Assembly: GCA_963845245.1 (NCBI GenBank)
Contig: CAWJRJ010000021.1
Coordinates: 32,001-96,000 of the forward strand
Direction: 5' to 3'
From: Nitrospirota bacterium
Lineage (GTDB): Bacteria; Nitrospirota; JACRHJ01
Length of the DNA: 64,000 bases
In this document: in pieces, positions 1 to 10,808 of the stretch
How positions within the stretch are numbered: the first letter of the stretch is position 1
Layout of the letters: every line of letters begins with the position of its first letter
The notes under the pieces: generated by a model
What the model was told of the DNA's origin: nothing
Databases searched by the model: none
Seen by the model: only the letters and a program-made list of their open reading frames with translations
Position numbers and translations under genes: made by a program

Positions 1-305
1 AGCCGGTGGTGGGGGGCAGGATATTCAGCCACGAGTCGGGCATCCACGCCGACGGTGTGCTGAAGGACCCGTTATCGTACGAGGCATACCCGCCCGAGGA
101 AGTAGGGTTGTTGAGAGAAATTGCAATAGGGAAACATTCCGGGCGTGCCGCTCTCGTGCACCGTTTTGCAAAGCTCGGCATAGACCTGAGCCTTGAGGAC
201 GCGGAGGGCATGCTCGCCGAAGTCAGATGCATAAGCGTAGGCCTCAAACGGAGCCTCGACGACGAGGAGCTTGTACGGCTCTACAAGTCCAGGCCCGCTG
301 CATAA
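1..305 (+). CDS. nifV: Homocitrate synthase / LeuA-family C-terminal part (5'-truncated by window edge)
   Basis: Motifs HESGIHADGVLKDP..YE and IGKHSGRAAL are typical of NifV/LeuA. There is no LeuA regulatory domain, and the gene lies directly upstream of nifB. Confidence 0.8.
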   Translation, partial: PVVGGRIFSHESGIHADGVLKDPLSYEAYPPEEVGLLREIAIGKHSGRAALVHRFAKLGIDLSLEDAEGMLAEVRCISVGLKRSLDDEELVRLYKSRPAA

Positions 306-317
306 CACCTACAACAA

Positions 318-333
318 TGTAATATTCGATACA
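318..333 (+). promoter_or_regulatory. NifA-type upstream activator sequence (TGT-N10-ACA)
   Basis: TGT-aatattcgat-ACA is an exact consensus match, about 75-90 bp upstream of a -24/-12 promoter preceding nifB. Confidence 0.7.
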
Positions 334-407
334 TTCCCGTTGTTTTTTTCTCGCCTTCATTTCCCGGGGCAGCTGTCTACACCTTGATATTAAAAGGAAA
401 AGACTTC

Positions 408-423
408 TGGCACACGGGTTGCA
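408..423 (+). promoter_or_regulatory. Sigma-54 (-24/-12) promoter of nifB
   Basis: TGGCAC-acggg-TTGCA is a perfect TGGCAC-N5-TTGC match, 43 bp before the nifB ATG. Confidence 0.85.
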
Positions 424-466
424 ATTATAGTTAGGACAACAGTAACCCATTTGATCCGGAGGAGCC

Positions 467-1357
467 ATGAGCGTTCTTGAATTTAAAGGCGACAGCATAT
501 TAAACAGCCATCCCTGCTTCTCCAGGGCCGCGCACCACAAGTACGGCAGGGTCCATATGCCGATAGCGCCCAGGTGCAACATACAGTGCCGTTACTGCGT
601 GCGGGATTACGACTGCGCAAACGAGTCACGGCCGGGAGTTACGAGCCGTGTGCTGTCACCCTCCGAGGCAATGGACAGGGTCCGGGCCGTTACCGGCCGT
701 GACGAGAGGATAACGGTGGTGGGAGTGGCTGGCCCGGGCGATCCTCTGGCCAACCCTGAGACGTTCGAGTTTTTGCGCGCGGTGAACAGGGAGTACCCGC
801 ACCTGACGCTCTGCCTGTCCACCAATGGTCTTCTGCTGCCGGACAAACTACCGGAGCTTTTGGATGCCGGTCTCGATACGCTGACTGTGACTATAAACGC
901 GACATCACCAGAAACGGCCGCGTCTGTGTACAGGTGGGTAAGGTATGAAGGCAGGACGTATGAAGGGCTGGAGGCGGGAGAACTGCTCTTGGGCAAACAA
1001 TGGGGCGGCCTTAAGGCGGCGGTTGAGGCTGGACTGGCCGTCAAGGTGAATACTATAACCATCCCCGGAATAAACGAGCACGAGATACCTAAGGTCGCAA
1101 AAAAGGCGGGTTCGCTCGGCGCGACCATAATGAACATCACGGCCCTCATACCTCAGGCAGAGTTTGCGGGCATCGCCAAGCCATCAAAGGATGACATCGC
1201 GAAGATGAGGCTGGTATGCGGAGAGCATATTCCCCTGCTCACTCACTGCCGCCAGTGCAGGGCGGACGCCACGGGCCTGCTGGGAGAGGACAAGGACATG
1301 GAGATGGAGGCGTTCCTGGCGGTCATCGGCGAAGAGTACACCGAAGCCGTTTGCTGA
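467..1357 (+). CDS. nifB: Nitrogenase cofactor biosynthesis radical SAM protein NifB (single-domain form)
   Basis: Contains HPC, CNIQCRYC, ESRPG, AGPGDPLAN and the C-terminal CRQCRADA, all NifB signature motifs. RBS GGAGG. Confidence 0.9.
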   Translation: MSVLEFKGDSILNSHPCFSRAAHHKYGRVHMPIAPRCNIQCRYCVRDYDCANESRPGVTSRVLSPSEAMDRVRAVTGRDERITVVGVAGPGDPLANPETFEFLRAVNREYPHLTLCLSTNGLLLPDKLPELLDAGLDTLTVTINATSPETAASVYRWVRYEGRTYEGLEAGELLLGKQWGGLKAAVEAGLAVKVNTITIPGINEHEIPKVAKKAGSLGATIMNITALIPQAEFAGIAKPSKDDIAKMRLVCGEHIPLLTHCRQCRADATGLLGEDKDMEMEAFLAVIGEEYTEAVC

Positions 1358-1512
1358 AGGTGCGACAGCCGTCGTCGCTACATTTGTAGGGTGTTTCGCA
1401 TTGACCTGGCTTCTGGTTCAGACCGGTACCTCTTTTTACCATTACAGGAATTAACTCTGAACAACGGGTCAGGAGGATTGCTGTGGCGCTGTTTCTTTAT
1501 GAAGCGCACCTA

Positions 1513-2256
1513 TCAAAATAACTTCCGGCAGGCAATACCTGCCTTTTCAAATCCAGCTCTCAATTCCTCACCCGTTTGATCGAAGAACCCATCGTCCATA
1601 GCCCACTGCATCCCGTATTTTTTATACGCCCAGTCCGCGTAATGATAGTTCAGCCGGTCAATGAGCACATTGTCAACCTTGTCCTTCAGCATATCAACCA
1701 GTCCTTCTGCTCCTGGAAGCAGGGGAGCTATCATGACGAAGGTTTTTATCCCTGCTGCATGCAGGATGCCTAGAGCCTCGACTCTCTTGGCAATCGGCGG
1801 TGTGTTCGGTTCAAATATCTTTCTCACTTTTTCATCCGCAGTGGTTATGGTGAACCCGACCTCGGAATCCTTGGCCTTCTTCAAAAGCTCGATATCTCTC
1901 AGGACCAACGGGGATTTGGTAAGGACCGTGAACGGCCAGTCGTTTTTTACAAGGATTTCAAGGCATCTCCCGGTGAGCCGGTATTTCCTCTCCAAAGGCT
2001 GGTATGCATCACAAACCCCGCTTATCCAGACCCTGCCTCGTTTCTTTTTCTTTATCTCACGTTCCAGCAGTTCAGGGGCGTTTACTTTTATGTCAACGAA
2101 TTCACCCCATGGTTCGCGGTGTCCTGTGAACCGTTTCATGAATTTGGCGTAGCAATATACGCAACTATGCTGACATCCGACGTAGGCATTCAGCGCGTAG
2201 TCGTAGATCTGGGATTTCGACAGGATGCTCTTTGCTGTAATCTCTTTAATAATCAT
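1513..2256 (-). CDS. Radical SAM protein, spore-photoproduct-lyase-like / DNA repair photolyase family
   Basis: NAYVGCQHSCVYCYA (CxxxCxxC), DAYQPLE and LTKSPLVLRD motifs. Confidence 0.8.
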   Translation of the reverse strand: MIIKEITAKSILSKSQIYDYALNAYVGCQHSCVYCYAKFMKRFTGHREPWGEFVDIKVNAPELLEREIKKKKRGRVWISGVCDAYQPLERKYRLTGRCLEILVKNDWPFTVLTKSPLVLRDIELLKKAKDSEVGFTITTADEKVRKIFEPNTPPIAKRVEALGILHAAGIKTFVMIAPLLPGAEGLVDMLKDKVDNVLIDRLNYHYADWAYKKYGMQWAMDDGFFDQTGEELRAGFEKAGIACRKLF

Positions 2257-2348
2257 AGGCAAAAAAAGAAGCGGCGTCAGCCGCTTTGGGGATGTTTCGG
2301 GGAAACTTTGTCGCTCCCCGATACTAACTCATTAAAATATATAAAATT

Positions 2349-2707
2349 TGGTGGAGGCGGCGGGAATCGAACCCGCGTCCGAAAACCCTAAGCGATGAGC
2401 GTCTACATACTTAGCCGGCGATTTTTTAACCTCTAAAGGTGCCCGCCGACAGGCTCCTTTTAAGAGGCGGTCCTGACCGTGGTCTCACCCCACCATCGCA
2501 GGAAGGAAAGTGGGGAAAAGTCCATGCTTATTACACCCTTACCCAGGCTCCATGGACGAGAACCCGGAAGGGCGTTAACCGCGATTAAGCGGCTAAGGCG
2601 TACTCGTTAGTGTTGTTCGCGAGTATTTGTTTTCCATCTTTTAACGAGCTGATGGGACTCGGTATGCAGCCCAAGCCTCGATGCTCCCGTCGAAGCCTGT
2701 CGCCCCC
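2349..2707 (-). ncRNA. ssrA: tmRNA; tag reading frame 2620-2585 encodes ANNTNEYALAA
   Basis: The 5' GGGGGCG pairs with 3' CGCCTCC-ACCA and includes the G3:U wobble. T-arm is GCGGGTTCGATTCCCGC, the internal tag ends YALAA-TAA, and the length is 359 nt. Confidence 0.97.
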
Positions 2708-2715
2708 ATGCATAA

Positions 2716-2744
2716 ATTATAATAAAAAATAGGGTTTTTTGCAA
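2716..2744 (-). promoter_or_regulatory. Sigma-70 promoter of ssrA
   Basis: TTGCAA-17 nt-TATAAT on the minus strand, immediately upstream of the tmRNA 5' end. Confidence 0.8.
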
Positions 2745-2770
2745 CCACTATATTTTTGCGGCAAAGCCGA

Positions 2771-2799
2771 TTGACAAAACGGATACCTTCGGCTATATT
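2771..2799 (+). promoter_or_regulatory. Sigma-70 promoter pointing toward sat
   Basis: TTGACA-17 nt-TATATT. Confidence 0.65.
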
Positions 2800-3193
2800 T
2801 ATTTTCTGTCCCGTCCGGACCTCTTTTCCGGGTAAAAAGTCTTCATCGGGTCGGACCTCCCAGTAACAAGAAATATATTTTGGTTTTCAAGCAGTTTCGT
2901 TTTGGTAGTTTTTGGCGGTTGCGGTTGTGTTTACCACCATATATATACATTGCGGCATCTAAACCACAAGTTGTAGTTTGAGCCTTTCCTGCTACTCCAA
3001 TATATATATTTGGTCTTTATCCCGCCATTAATATTATTAATTGGAAAGAACAGTTGAAAGGATGTAGAATCGCTCCCCGTAATAGAGGACCGCGTACTGT
3101 TTCCACTGTTAGACCAGGGGTGCGGGGACGGCCCTGACACTTTAAGATAGCGTAAACGTGGATGTTTTTTTCAGACAAAAGGAGGATTTAAAG

Positions 3194-4408
3194 ATGGCGC
3201 TCGTAAACCCGCACGGAAAAGCAAAGAAACTTATGCCCCTTCTTCTCGAGGGCAAGGCCCTGACAGAAGCAAAGGCGGCCGCCAAGTCCATGGACCAGGT
3301 CAAGATGACCTCCCGTGAGACCTCCGACCTCATCATGATGGGCATAGGCGCCTTCACCCCGCTCACCGGCTTCATGACCAAGGCCGACTGGCAGGGTGTC
3401 TGCGACAAGTTCGTCATGGCCGACGGCACCTTCTTCCCGATCCCCATCACCCTGTCCACCAACAAGGGCCAGGCCGACGCCCTCAAGATAGGCCAGGAAG
3501 TCGCGCTTGTGGACGAGGAAACCGGCGAGCTGATGGGCTCGATGACCATCAAGGAGAAGTATTCCATAGACAAGGCCCACGAGTGCATGTCAGTTTACAC
3601 CACCACCGACATGGAGCACCCCGGCGTCCAGAAGGTCATGGAGCAGGGCGACATAAACCTTGCCGGCCCCGTGAAGGTCTTCTCCGAAGGCCACTACCCG
3701 GAGACGTACAAGGGCCTGTACATGAGGCCTGCCGAGACCCGCAAGCTGTTCGAGGAAAAGGGCTGGAAGACAGTCGCCGCGTTCCAGACCAGGAACCCGA
3801 TGCACCGTTCGCACGAGTACCTTGCCAAGATAGCCATCGAGATACTGGACGGCTGCTGCATACACATGCTGCTCGGCAAGCTGAAGCCCGGTGACATCCC
3901 GGCGGAAGTCAGGACCAAGGCCATAGACGCCCTCGTCGACAACTATTTCGTCAAGGACACCTGCGTCGTCTCCGGTTACCCGATGGAGATGCGTTATGCC
4001 GGACCGCGCGAGGCGCTCCTCCACGCGCTGTTCCGCCAGAACTACGGCATGAGCCACCTGCTCGTAGGCCGCGACCACGCCGGCGTCGGCGACTACTACG
4101 GCCCGTTCGATGCCCACCAGATATTCGACAAGATCCCGGAAGGCGCACTCGAGACCGCGCCGATGAAGATAGACCTCTCCTTCTACTGCACCAAGTGCGA
4201 CGGCATGGCTTCAAGCAAGACCTGCTGCCACGGCAAGGAGGACAGGATGATCGTTTCCGGCACGAAGCTCCGCAAGATGCTCTCCGAGGGCGACGACGTT
4301 CCCGATCACTTCAGCCGTCCGGAAGTCCTCACGATCCTCAGGGCATACTACGAGGGCCTGACCGAGAAGGTCGAGATCAAGATGCACAAGCATGCCGAGG
4401 GCAAATAA
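3194..4408 (+). CDS. sat: Sulfate adenylyltransferase (ATP sulfurylase)
   Basis: [31 protein letters not shown] and SGTKLR motifs. RBS GGAGG precedes ATG 3194. Confidence 0.97.
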   Translation: MALVNPHGKAKKLMPLLLEGKALTEAKAAAKSMDQVKMTSRETSDLIMMGIGAFTPLTGFMTKADWQGVCDKFVMADGTFFPIPITLSTNKGQADALKIGQEVALVDEETGELMGSMTIKEKYSIDKAHECMSVYTTTDMEHPGVQKVMEQGDINLAGPVKVFSEGHYPETYKGLYMRPAETRKLFEEKGWKTVAAFQTRNPMHRSHEYLAKIAIEILDGCCIHMLLGKLKPGDIPAEVRTKAIDALVDNYFVKDTCVVSGYPMEMRYAGPREALLHALFRQNYGMSHLLVGRDHAGVGDYYGPFDAHQIFDKIPEGALETAPMKIDLSFYCTKCDGMASSKTCCHGKEDRMIVSGTKLRKMLSEGDDVPDHFSRPEVLTILRAYYEGLTEKVEIKMHKHAEGK

Positions 4409-4548
4409 GCTACAAGGCTGACATAAAGTCTTTCGTTAAGTAAATTATACGGGAGGAGGTGCAATCAGGTTTTTTACGGGTTGAACCAAAAAAGGGCCGC
4501 ATAGGCGGCGAAACCAGAAACAGGCGAATCTGTAGGAGGTGTTTAATT

Positions 4549-4974
4549 ATGCCAAGTTGTGTAGATGTTACCAAATGTGACGGTTGCAAGGGCAAAGACA
4601 AGACTGCTTGCCAGTACATCTGCCCGAACGACCTGATGAAGTTGGATATGGGTATGATGAAGGCATGGAACCAGGAGCCGGAAGGTTGCTGGGAGTGCTA
4701 CAGCTGCGTGAAGATATGCCCGCAGGGCGCCATCGAAGTCAGGGCCTATGCTGACATAGTGCCTTTGGGCGGCAGCGTTGTCCCCCTGAGGGGCTCCGAC
4801 TCCATCATGTGGACTGTCAAGTTCCGTAACGGCAAGCTCAAGAGGTTCAAGTTCCCGATCAGGACGACCCCGGAAGGCTCGATCGTTCCGTATGCCGCTG
4901 GCGACGAGCCGGGCGACATCAAGGACGAGCTCCTCTTCACCGAGAAGGGCAAGACGCTTCCGAAGCTTGCATAG
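4549..4974 (+). CDS. aprB: Adenylylsulfate reductase beta subunit
   Basis: CDGC...CQYICP, CWECYSCVKICP and RFKFPIRTTPEG. RBS AGGAGG. Confidence 0.97.
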   Translation: MPSCVDVTKCDGCKGKDKTACQYICPNDLMKLDMGMMKAWNQEPEGCWECYSCVKICPQGAIEVRAYADIVPLGGSVVPLRGSDSIMWTVKFRNGKLKRFKFPIRTTPEGSIVPYAAGDEPGDIKDELLFTEKGKTLPKLA

Positions 4975-5028
4975 CCGAAACGGACATTGACGAAGAACAA
5001 TCCATATAATGTTTAAGGAGGAATTAAT

Positions 5029-6977
5029 ATGTCGTTAGAGAGAGAGAGCTGCACTTCCTCATATTGTGAGGCGCCGCAGATAATAGAGATGGATACGGAT
5101 ATACTCCTCATCGGCGGCGGTATGGCCTGCTGCGGTGCTGCCTTCGAGGTTATGCCCTACGCGAAGAAGTACAACCTGAAAGTAACCCTTGTCGACAAGG
5201 CAGCCATGGACCGTTCCGGCGCCGTTGCCCAGGGCCTTTCCGCCATCAACACCTACCTCGGTGGCCAGGACCCCGCTGACTACGTCAAGATGGTCGCCAA
5301 CGACCTTATGGGCATAGTCCGCGACGACCTCATCTATGACGTGGGTCGCCACGTCGATGATTCCGTCCACCTGTTCGAGAAGTGGGGCCTCCCGGTATGG
5401 AAGGCTGACGATGCAGGACATTCGCACACCGGCGCGGAAGAGGGCTACAAGTCCCTCGTCGACGGCGGCAAGCCGGTCCGCTCAGGCAAGTGGCAGATCA
5501 TGATCAACGGCGAGTCCTACAAGGTCATCGTAGCCGAGGCCGCGAAGAAGGCCCTTGGCGATGAGAACATCTATGAGAGGGTCTTCATAGTGAAGCTCCT
5601 CCTCGATGAGAAGGAAGACAACAGGATTGCTGCCGCGGTCGGTTTCTCCACCCGCGAGAACAAGATATACATCATCCGCGCAAACGCGATGCTGCTGGCC
5701 GCCGGCGGCGCCGTCAACATCTTCAGGCCGAGGTCGGTTGCTGAAGGTATGGGCCGCGCATGGTACCCGGTATGGAACGCAGGCTCCACCTACACCATGG
5801 CTGCACAGGTCGGCGCAGAGCTGACCATGATGGAAAACCGCTTCGTCCCCGCCCGCTTCAAGGACGGTTACGGACCGGTCGGCGCGTGGTTCCTGTTCTT
5901 CAAGGCGAAGGCCACCAACGCCCTGGGCGAGAACTACATGGTAAAGAACGCCGAGATGCTGAAGAGCTATCCCCCGTACGGCCTCGCCGCAGTCCCCGCC
6001 ACCTGCCTCAGGAACCACCTGATGCTGAAGGAGATGAAGGACGGTAACGGCCCGATAATGATGGACACCGTTACGGCGCTTGCCGACCTCGCGAAGACCA
6101 TGGACGAGAAGGCGATCAAGCACCTCGAAGCCGAGGCGTGGGAAGACTTCCTCGACATGTGCGTCGGCCAGGCAGGCCTTTGGGCCGGCATGAACATCGA
6201 GCCCGAGAAGCTCACCTCCGAGCTTATGCCGACTGAGCCGTACATGCTCGGTTCGCACTCAGGCTGCTGCGGCATCTGGGTCTCCGGTCCCGAGGACATG
6301 GGTCCCGCCGAGTGGCATTGGGGTTACAACAGGATGACCACCGTCAAGGGCCTCTTCACTGCCGGCGACGGCGTCGGCGCTTCCGGCCACAAGTTCTCCT
6401 CAGGCTCACACGCCGAGGGCCGTATAGCCGCCAAGTCCATGGTCAGGTTCTGCCTCGACAACAAGGACTTCAAGAGCACGGTTTCCAAGACAGGCGCTGA
6501 GCTTGCGGCCGAGATACAGAAGCCATTCAAGACCTTCGAGCAGTTCAAGAACGTGACCACCGACGACTACGTAAACCCGAACTACATCAGGCCGAAGATG
6601 CTCATGTACCGCCTGAACAAGATCATGGACGAGTACGTAGCCGGTACCTCCACGTACTACACCACCTCAGGCCCGCTTATGAACAGGGCGCTTGAGCTTC
6701 TTACATGCTGAAGGAAGACGCCGAGAAGATGGCCGCCAAGGACCTTCACGAGCTGATGAGATGCTGGGAGAACTACCACAGGATATTCACCGCTGAGGCC
6801 CACCTCAGGCACATCCTGTTCCGCGAAGAGACCCGCTACCCGGGCTTCTTCTACAGGGCGGACTTCCCGCAGCTGGACGAGGCGAACTGGAAGTGCTTCG
6901 TCAACTCCAAGATCAACCCGAAGACCGGCGAGTGGACCTGCTTCAAGGTTGCACACAAGGACCTCGTACCGAAATAA
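5029..6977 (+). CDS. aprA: Adenylylsulfate reductase alpha subunit (one frameshift near 6705, probably a sequencing indel)
   Basis: RSGAVAQGLSAINTY, GKWQIMINGESYK and GHKFSSGSHAEG. The C-terminus (FREETRYPGFFYRADFP) continues in ORF 6705-6977. Confidence 0.95.
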
Positions 6978-6988
6978 GGTTTTACCTT

Positions 6989-7030
6989 CTGTCCGCGCGC
7001 CCTTTCTGGGCGCGCGGACAGTTTCTTTTT
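6989..7030 (+). terminator. Rho-independent terminator after aprA
   Basis: ctgtccgcgcgccc-tttct-gggcgcgcggacag followed by tttcttttt. Confidence 0.8.
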
Positions 7031-7260
7031 CAGGTTGTTTTCAGCAAAAGCCCACCCGCCCTATCTCATTGAAGAATCTAATGTCCCTATAAAAAAGTAC
7101 AAATTGACACGGCAGTGCTTTAGATTTATCATGGGCGAGAAAATCCCGGCAAGTGCCTCTCGTCCTATGCGGCAAAAACCATATAGAAATGGTGGTTGCC
7201 GGATTGGATGAGCGCCACCGGGCGCCCGTCGAAGTAAACCCATAAAAACGGAGAAGCGGT

Positions 7261-8513
7261 ATGGCGGAGAACAAGAGCGTTTTAGTCGTCGGAGGCGGTA
7301 TAAGCGGTATTTCCGTGGCCGTCGAGGCGGCCGAGGTCGGCTACCAGGTACACCTCGTTGAGAGAAACCCTTACCTTGGCGGAAGGGTGGCCCAGCTTAA
7401 CAAGTACTTCCCCAAGCTGTGCCCACCTTACTGCGGGCTGGAGATAAACTTCAGGCGTATCCGCCCCAACCCCGACATAGACGTCATGACGATGTCCGAG
7501 GTGGTGAAGGTGGAGGGCAACCCAGGCAATTTCACGGTGACGGTGAAGACCTCGCCTCGCTACGTGAACAGCAACTGCACAGGCTGCAACAAGTGCGCGG
7601 AGGCCTGCCCGTCCGAGAGGTCGAACGAATTCAACTACGGCATGGACAAGACCAAGGCGGCCTACCTGCCGCATGTCATGTCCTTCCCGATGCGCTACGT
7701 CATTGACAAAACGGCGTGTGCGAGCGGTTGCCAGGCCTGCAAGGACGCCTGCAAGTACGACGCGGTGGAGCTTGACATGCAGCCTGAGACCAAGACCCTG
7801 AAGGTCGGCTCCATAGTATACGCGACGGGCTGGAAGCCGTACGACATGGGCAAGCTCAGCCTCCTTGGAGAGGGCAAGATCCAAGAACGTGATATCTAAC
7901 GTCATGATGGAGCGCCTGGCCTCGCCCGGCGGACCGACCGCCGGCAAGATACTCCGCCCGTCGGACGGCAAGGAAGTAAAGAACATAGGCTTCGTTCAGT
8001 GCGCGGGCTCGCGCGACGAGAACCACCTCTCGCAGTGCTCGACCATCTGCTGCATGGCTTCCATAAAGCAGGCCTTCTACGTTAGGGACCAGTACCCCGA
8101 CTCAAAGGCAGAGATATTCTACATAGACCTCCGCACGCCCGGGCGTTACGAGAAGTTCCTTAACCGCGCCGAGGCGGACGAGAACATAACCTTCACAAAG
8201 GGCAAGGTTGCACAGGTTTCTGAGGACCCGGCAACCGGCGACGTTACCGTTGACCCTGGAAGATGTCTTCGGCGGCGGCAAGAAACATGTGACCGTGGAC
8301 ATGCTGGTGCTTGCAACAGGCATGGAGCCTGAGCTTCGGGGCACGGCCGGGTCGGCCGCGGCGCTCTCGGAAGAGGGCTTTGCCGTTGCAGACCTGCAGA
8401 AGCCGGGCATATTTGCCGCCGGTGTCGCAAAGGCCCCGGTTGACGTTATGACCTCAATCCAAGACGCGTCTGGTACCGCCCTCAAGGCCATCCAGGCGAT
8501 AGTGAGGAGTTAG
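7261..8513 (+). CDS. qmoA: QmoA (HdrA-like flavoprotein), split by frameshifts near 7880 and 8250
   Basis: GGGISG FAD motif, LNKYFPKLCPPYCGLEIN, ferredoxin insert and QCAGSRDENHL, in the apr-qmo context. Confidence 0.9.
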
Positions 8514-8516
8514 TCT

Positions 8517-10796
8517 ATGGAAAAGAAAATCGGAGTATATATATGCGGAGGCTGCGGCATTGCGGATGCCGTGGACATCGAGAAGCTGGCGAAGATAGCT
8601 TCCGGCGAGATGAAGGCGCCCGTCTGCAAGACCCACCCGTTCATGTGCGGGGCCGAAGGCGCGGCGATGATAAAGAGCGACATTGCCAATGACGGCGTCA
8701 ACACCGTGGTGGTTGCCGCCTGTTCGCAGCGCGTCATGTATGACGTGTTCAACTACGGCATGGGAGTGGTCCTTGAGAGGGTGAACATCAGGGAGCACGT
8801 GGCCTGGGGCCAGCCCGGTTCCGAGATGGTAGCGTCAGAGACAGAGGGCGAGGAGCCGAAGAAGGTATATAACAAGGCCACCCAGATGATGGCCGACGAC
8901 TACGTCAGGATGGGCATAGCCAAGGCCCAGAAGATGGACCCGGCCGAGCCGCTGGTTCAGGACCTCACCAAGACCGTAATGGTGGTCGGCGGAGGCGTCA
9001 CCGGCATGAAGGCCGCACTTGAGGCTTCAAGCCTCGGCTACAGGGCCATCCTGGTCGAGAAGACCGGCGAGCTTGGCGGCTGGAACGCGAAGGCCCACAA
9101 GCAGCTCCCGACGAAGGCCCCTTTCACCGACCTCGAAACCCCGATAGCGGGCACACTCGCGGACCAGGTGAAAGCCGACAGCAACATAAAGGTTTATATG
9201 AACGCGGAGGTCACAAAGACCTACGGCGCGCCCGGCAAGTACGATGTTACGATTACCGCCGGAGGCAGCGAGTCCGAGGAGAAGGTCGGCACCATAGTCA
9301 TGGCTGTGGGCTACACTCCTTATGACCCGACCAACCTCGCAGAGAAGTACGGCTACGGCAACATCGCAAACGTCGTGACGAACACGCAGGTCGAGGACAT
9401 GGCGAAGGCCGGCAGGATAAAGAGGCCTTCGGACGGCAAGGACGCCAAGAACGTGCTGTTCATACAGTGCGCGGGCTCCCGTGACGCGAACCACCTCCCG
9501 TACTGCTCGTCCGTATGCTGCCTCGGCTCGCTTCAGCAGGCAAGCTACGTAAGGAGCCAGTCAGACGACGCCAAGGCGTACATCATTTACAAGGACATGC
9601 GCACCCCCGGCCTCTACGAGAACTACTACAAGAAGGCCCAGAACGACCCCGGCATCTTCCTCACCAAGGGCGAAGTAACCGCCATCACCGAGGCAGGCAA
9701 CGGGGACGTATTTGTGGAGATTGCGAACACGCTTATAGGCGAGAACATAAAGATAAAGGCGGACATGGTCGTGCTCGCGACCGGCATAGTCCCGAACACC
9801 AAGCCGCTTGAGGTAGCATCCAAGGACCTTCCGATCAGGACGCTCGCCATGGACTACGCCGACCAGGCTGCGGGCATCAAGCCGCCGACGCCCGCGCCGA
9901 TCCTGAACCTCCAGTACAGGCAGGGCCCGGAAATCCCGACTCTCGAGTACGGTTTCCCGGACTCGCACTACATATGCTTCCCCTACGAGACCCAGAGGAC
10001 CGGCATATACGCCGCCGGCGCGGTCAGGGCCCCGATGCCTGTCGGCATGGCGCTTAACGACGCATCCGGCGCGGCCCTCAAGGCCATCCAGTGCATCGAG
10101 CTATCCTCGAAGGGCGCGGCCGTCCACCCGAGGGCGAACGACCTCACGTACCCCGAGTTCAGGCTTGAGTCCTGCACGCAGTGCAAGCGCTGCACTGAGG
10201 AGTGTCCGTTCTCCACCCTGGACGAGGACGAGAAGGGGACGCCGAAGCCGAACCCGACACGCTGCCGCCGCTGCGGCGTCTGCATGGGCGCATGCCCGCA
10301 GAGGATCGTATCCTTCAAGAACTACTCGGTCGACATAATCGGCTCGATGATCAAGGCCGTGGACGTCCCGACGGACGACGACGACCAGATGCGCATCATC
10401 TGCCTGATGTGCGAGAACGACGCATACCCCGCGCTCGACATGATGGGCATAAACAGGCTGAAGTACCACAACAACATCAGCATAGTGCCCGTCAGGTGCC
10501 TGGGCTCGGTCAACGTCGTATGGATCGCGGACGCGCTCTCAAGGGGCGTGGACGGCATCGTGATGGCCGGCTGCAAGTTCGGCGAGGACTACCAGTGCCA
10601 CTTCATAAAGGGTTCGGAGCAGTGCAACAAGAGGATGGACAACGTCCAGGAGACCCTGAAGAAGCTCTCCTTGGAGATGGAGCGCGTCGAGCAGATACAG
10701 GTGACCGCTGCCGATTACGCGAATCTTCCGGCGATGCTGGACGGATTTGTCGAACGCCTCAAGGCCATTGGCCCCAACCCCTTCAAGGGATTTTAG
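8517..10796 (+). CDS. qmoB: QmoB (HdrA-MvhD fusion)
   Basis: GVYICGGCGI, GGGVTG, QCAGSRD, HYICFPYET, 2x[4Fe-4S] motifs, and a C-terminal MvhD-like CENDAYPALD...GPNPFKGF. Confidence 0.95.
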   Translation: MEKKIGVYICGGCGIADAVDIEKLAKIASGEMKAPVCKTHPFMCGAEGAAMIKSDIANDGVNTVVVAACSQRVMYDVFNYGMGVVLERVNIREHVAWGQPGSEMVASETEGEEPKKVYNKATQMMADDYVRMGIAKAQKMDPAEPLVQDLTKTVMVVGGGVTGMKAALEASSLGYRAILVEKTGELGGWNAKAHKQLPTKAPFTDLETPIAGTLADQVKADSNIKVYMNAEVTKTYGAPGKYDVTITAGGSESEEKVGTIVMAVGYTPYDPTNLAEKYGYGNIANVVTNTQVEDMAKAGRIKRPSDGKDAKNVLFIQCAGSRDANHLPYCSSVCCLGSLQQASYVRSQSDDAKAYIIYKDMRTPGLYENYYKKAQNDPGIFLTKGEVTAITEAGNGDVFVEIANTLIGENIKIKADMVVLATGIVPNTKPLEVASKDLPIRTLAMDYADQAAGIKPPTPAPILNLQYRQGPEIPTLEYGFPDSHYICFPYETQRTGIYAAGAVRAPMPVGMALNDASGAALKAIQCIELSSKGAAVHPRANDLTYPEFRLESCTQCKRCTEECPFSTLDEDEKGTPKPNPTRCRRCGVCMGACPQRIVSFKNYSVDIIGSMIKAVDVPTDDDDQMRIICLMCENDAYPALDMMGINRLKYHNNISIVPVRCLGSVNVVWIADALSRGVDGIVMAGCKFGEDYQCHFIKGSEQCNKRMDNVQETLKKLSLEMERVEQIQVTAADYANLPAMLDGFVERLKAIGPNPFKGF

Positions 10797-10808
10797 GAGG
10801 TTAATAAT

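Noticed and set aside
1380..2349. Genomic island integrated at the tmRNA 3' end
   Set aside because: There is no integrase and I saw no duplicated ssrA 3' fragment in the window.
2349..2385. tRNA gene
   Set aside because: The T-arm and CCA belong to tmRNA. The matching 5' end is 359 nt away with a tag ORF in between.
6700..6715. Selenocysteine or stop readthrough at the aprA TGC-TGA
   Set aside because: The AprA C-terminus continues in a different frame (MLKEDAEK), so a missing base explains it.
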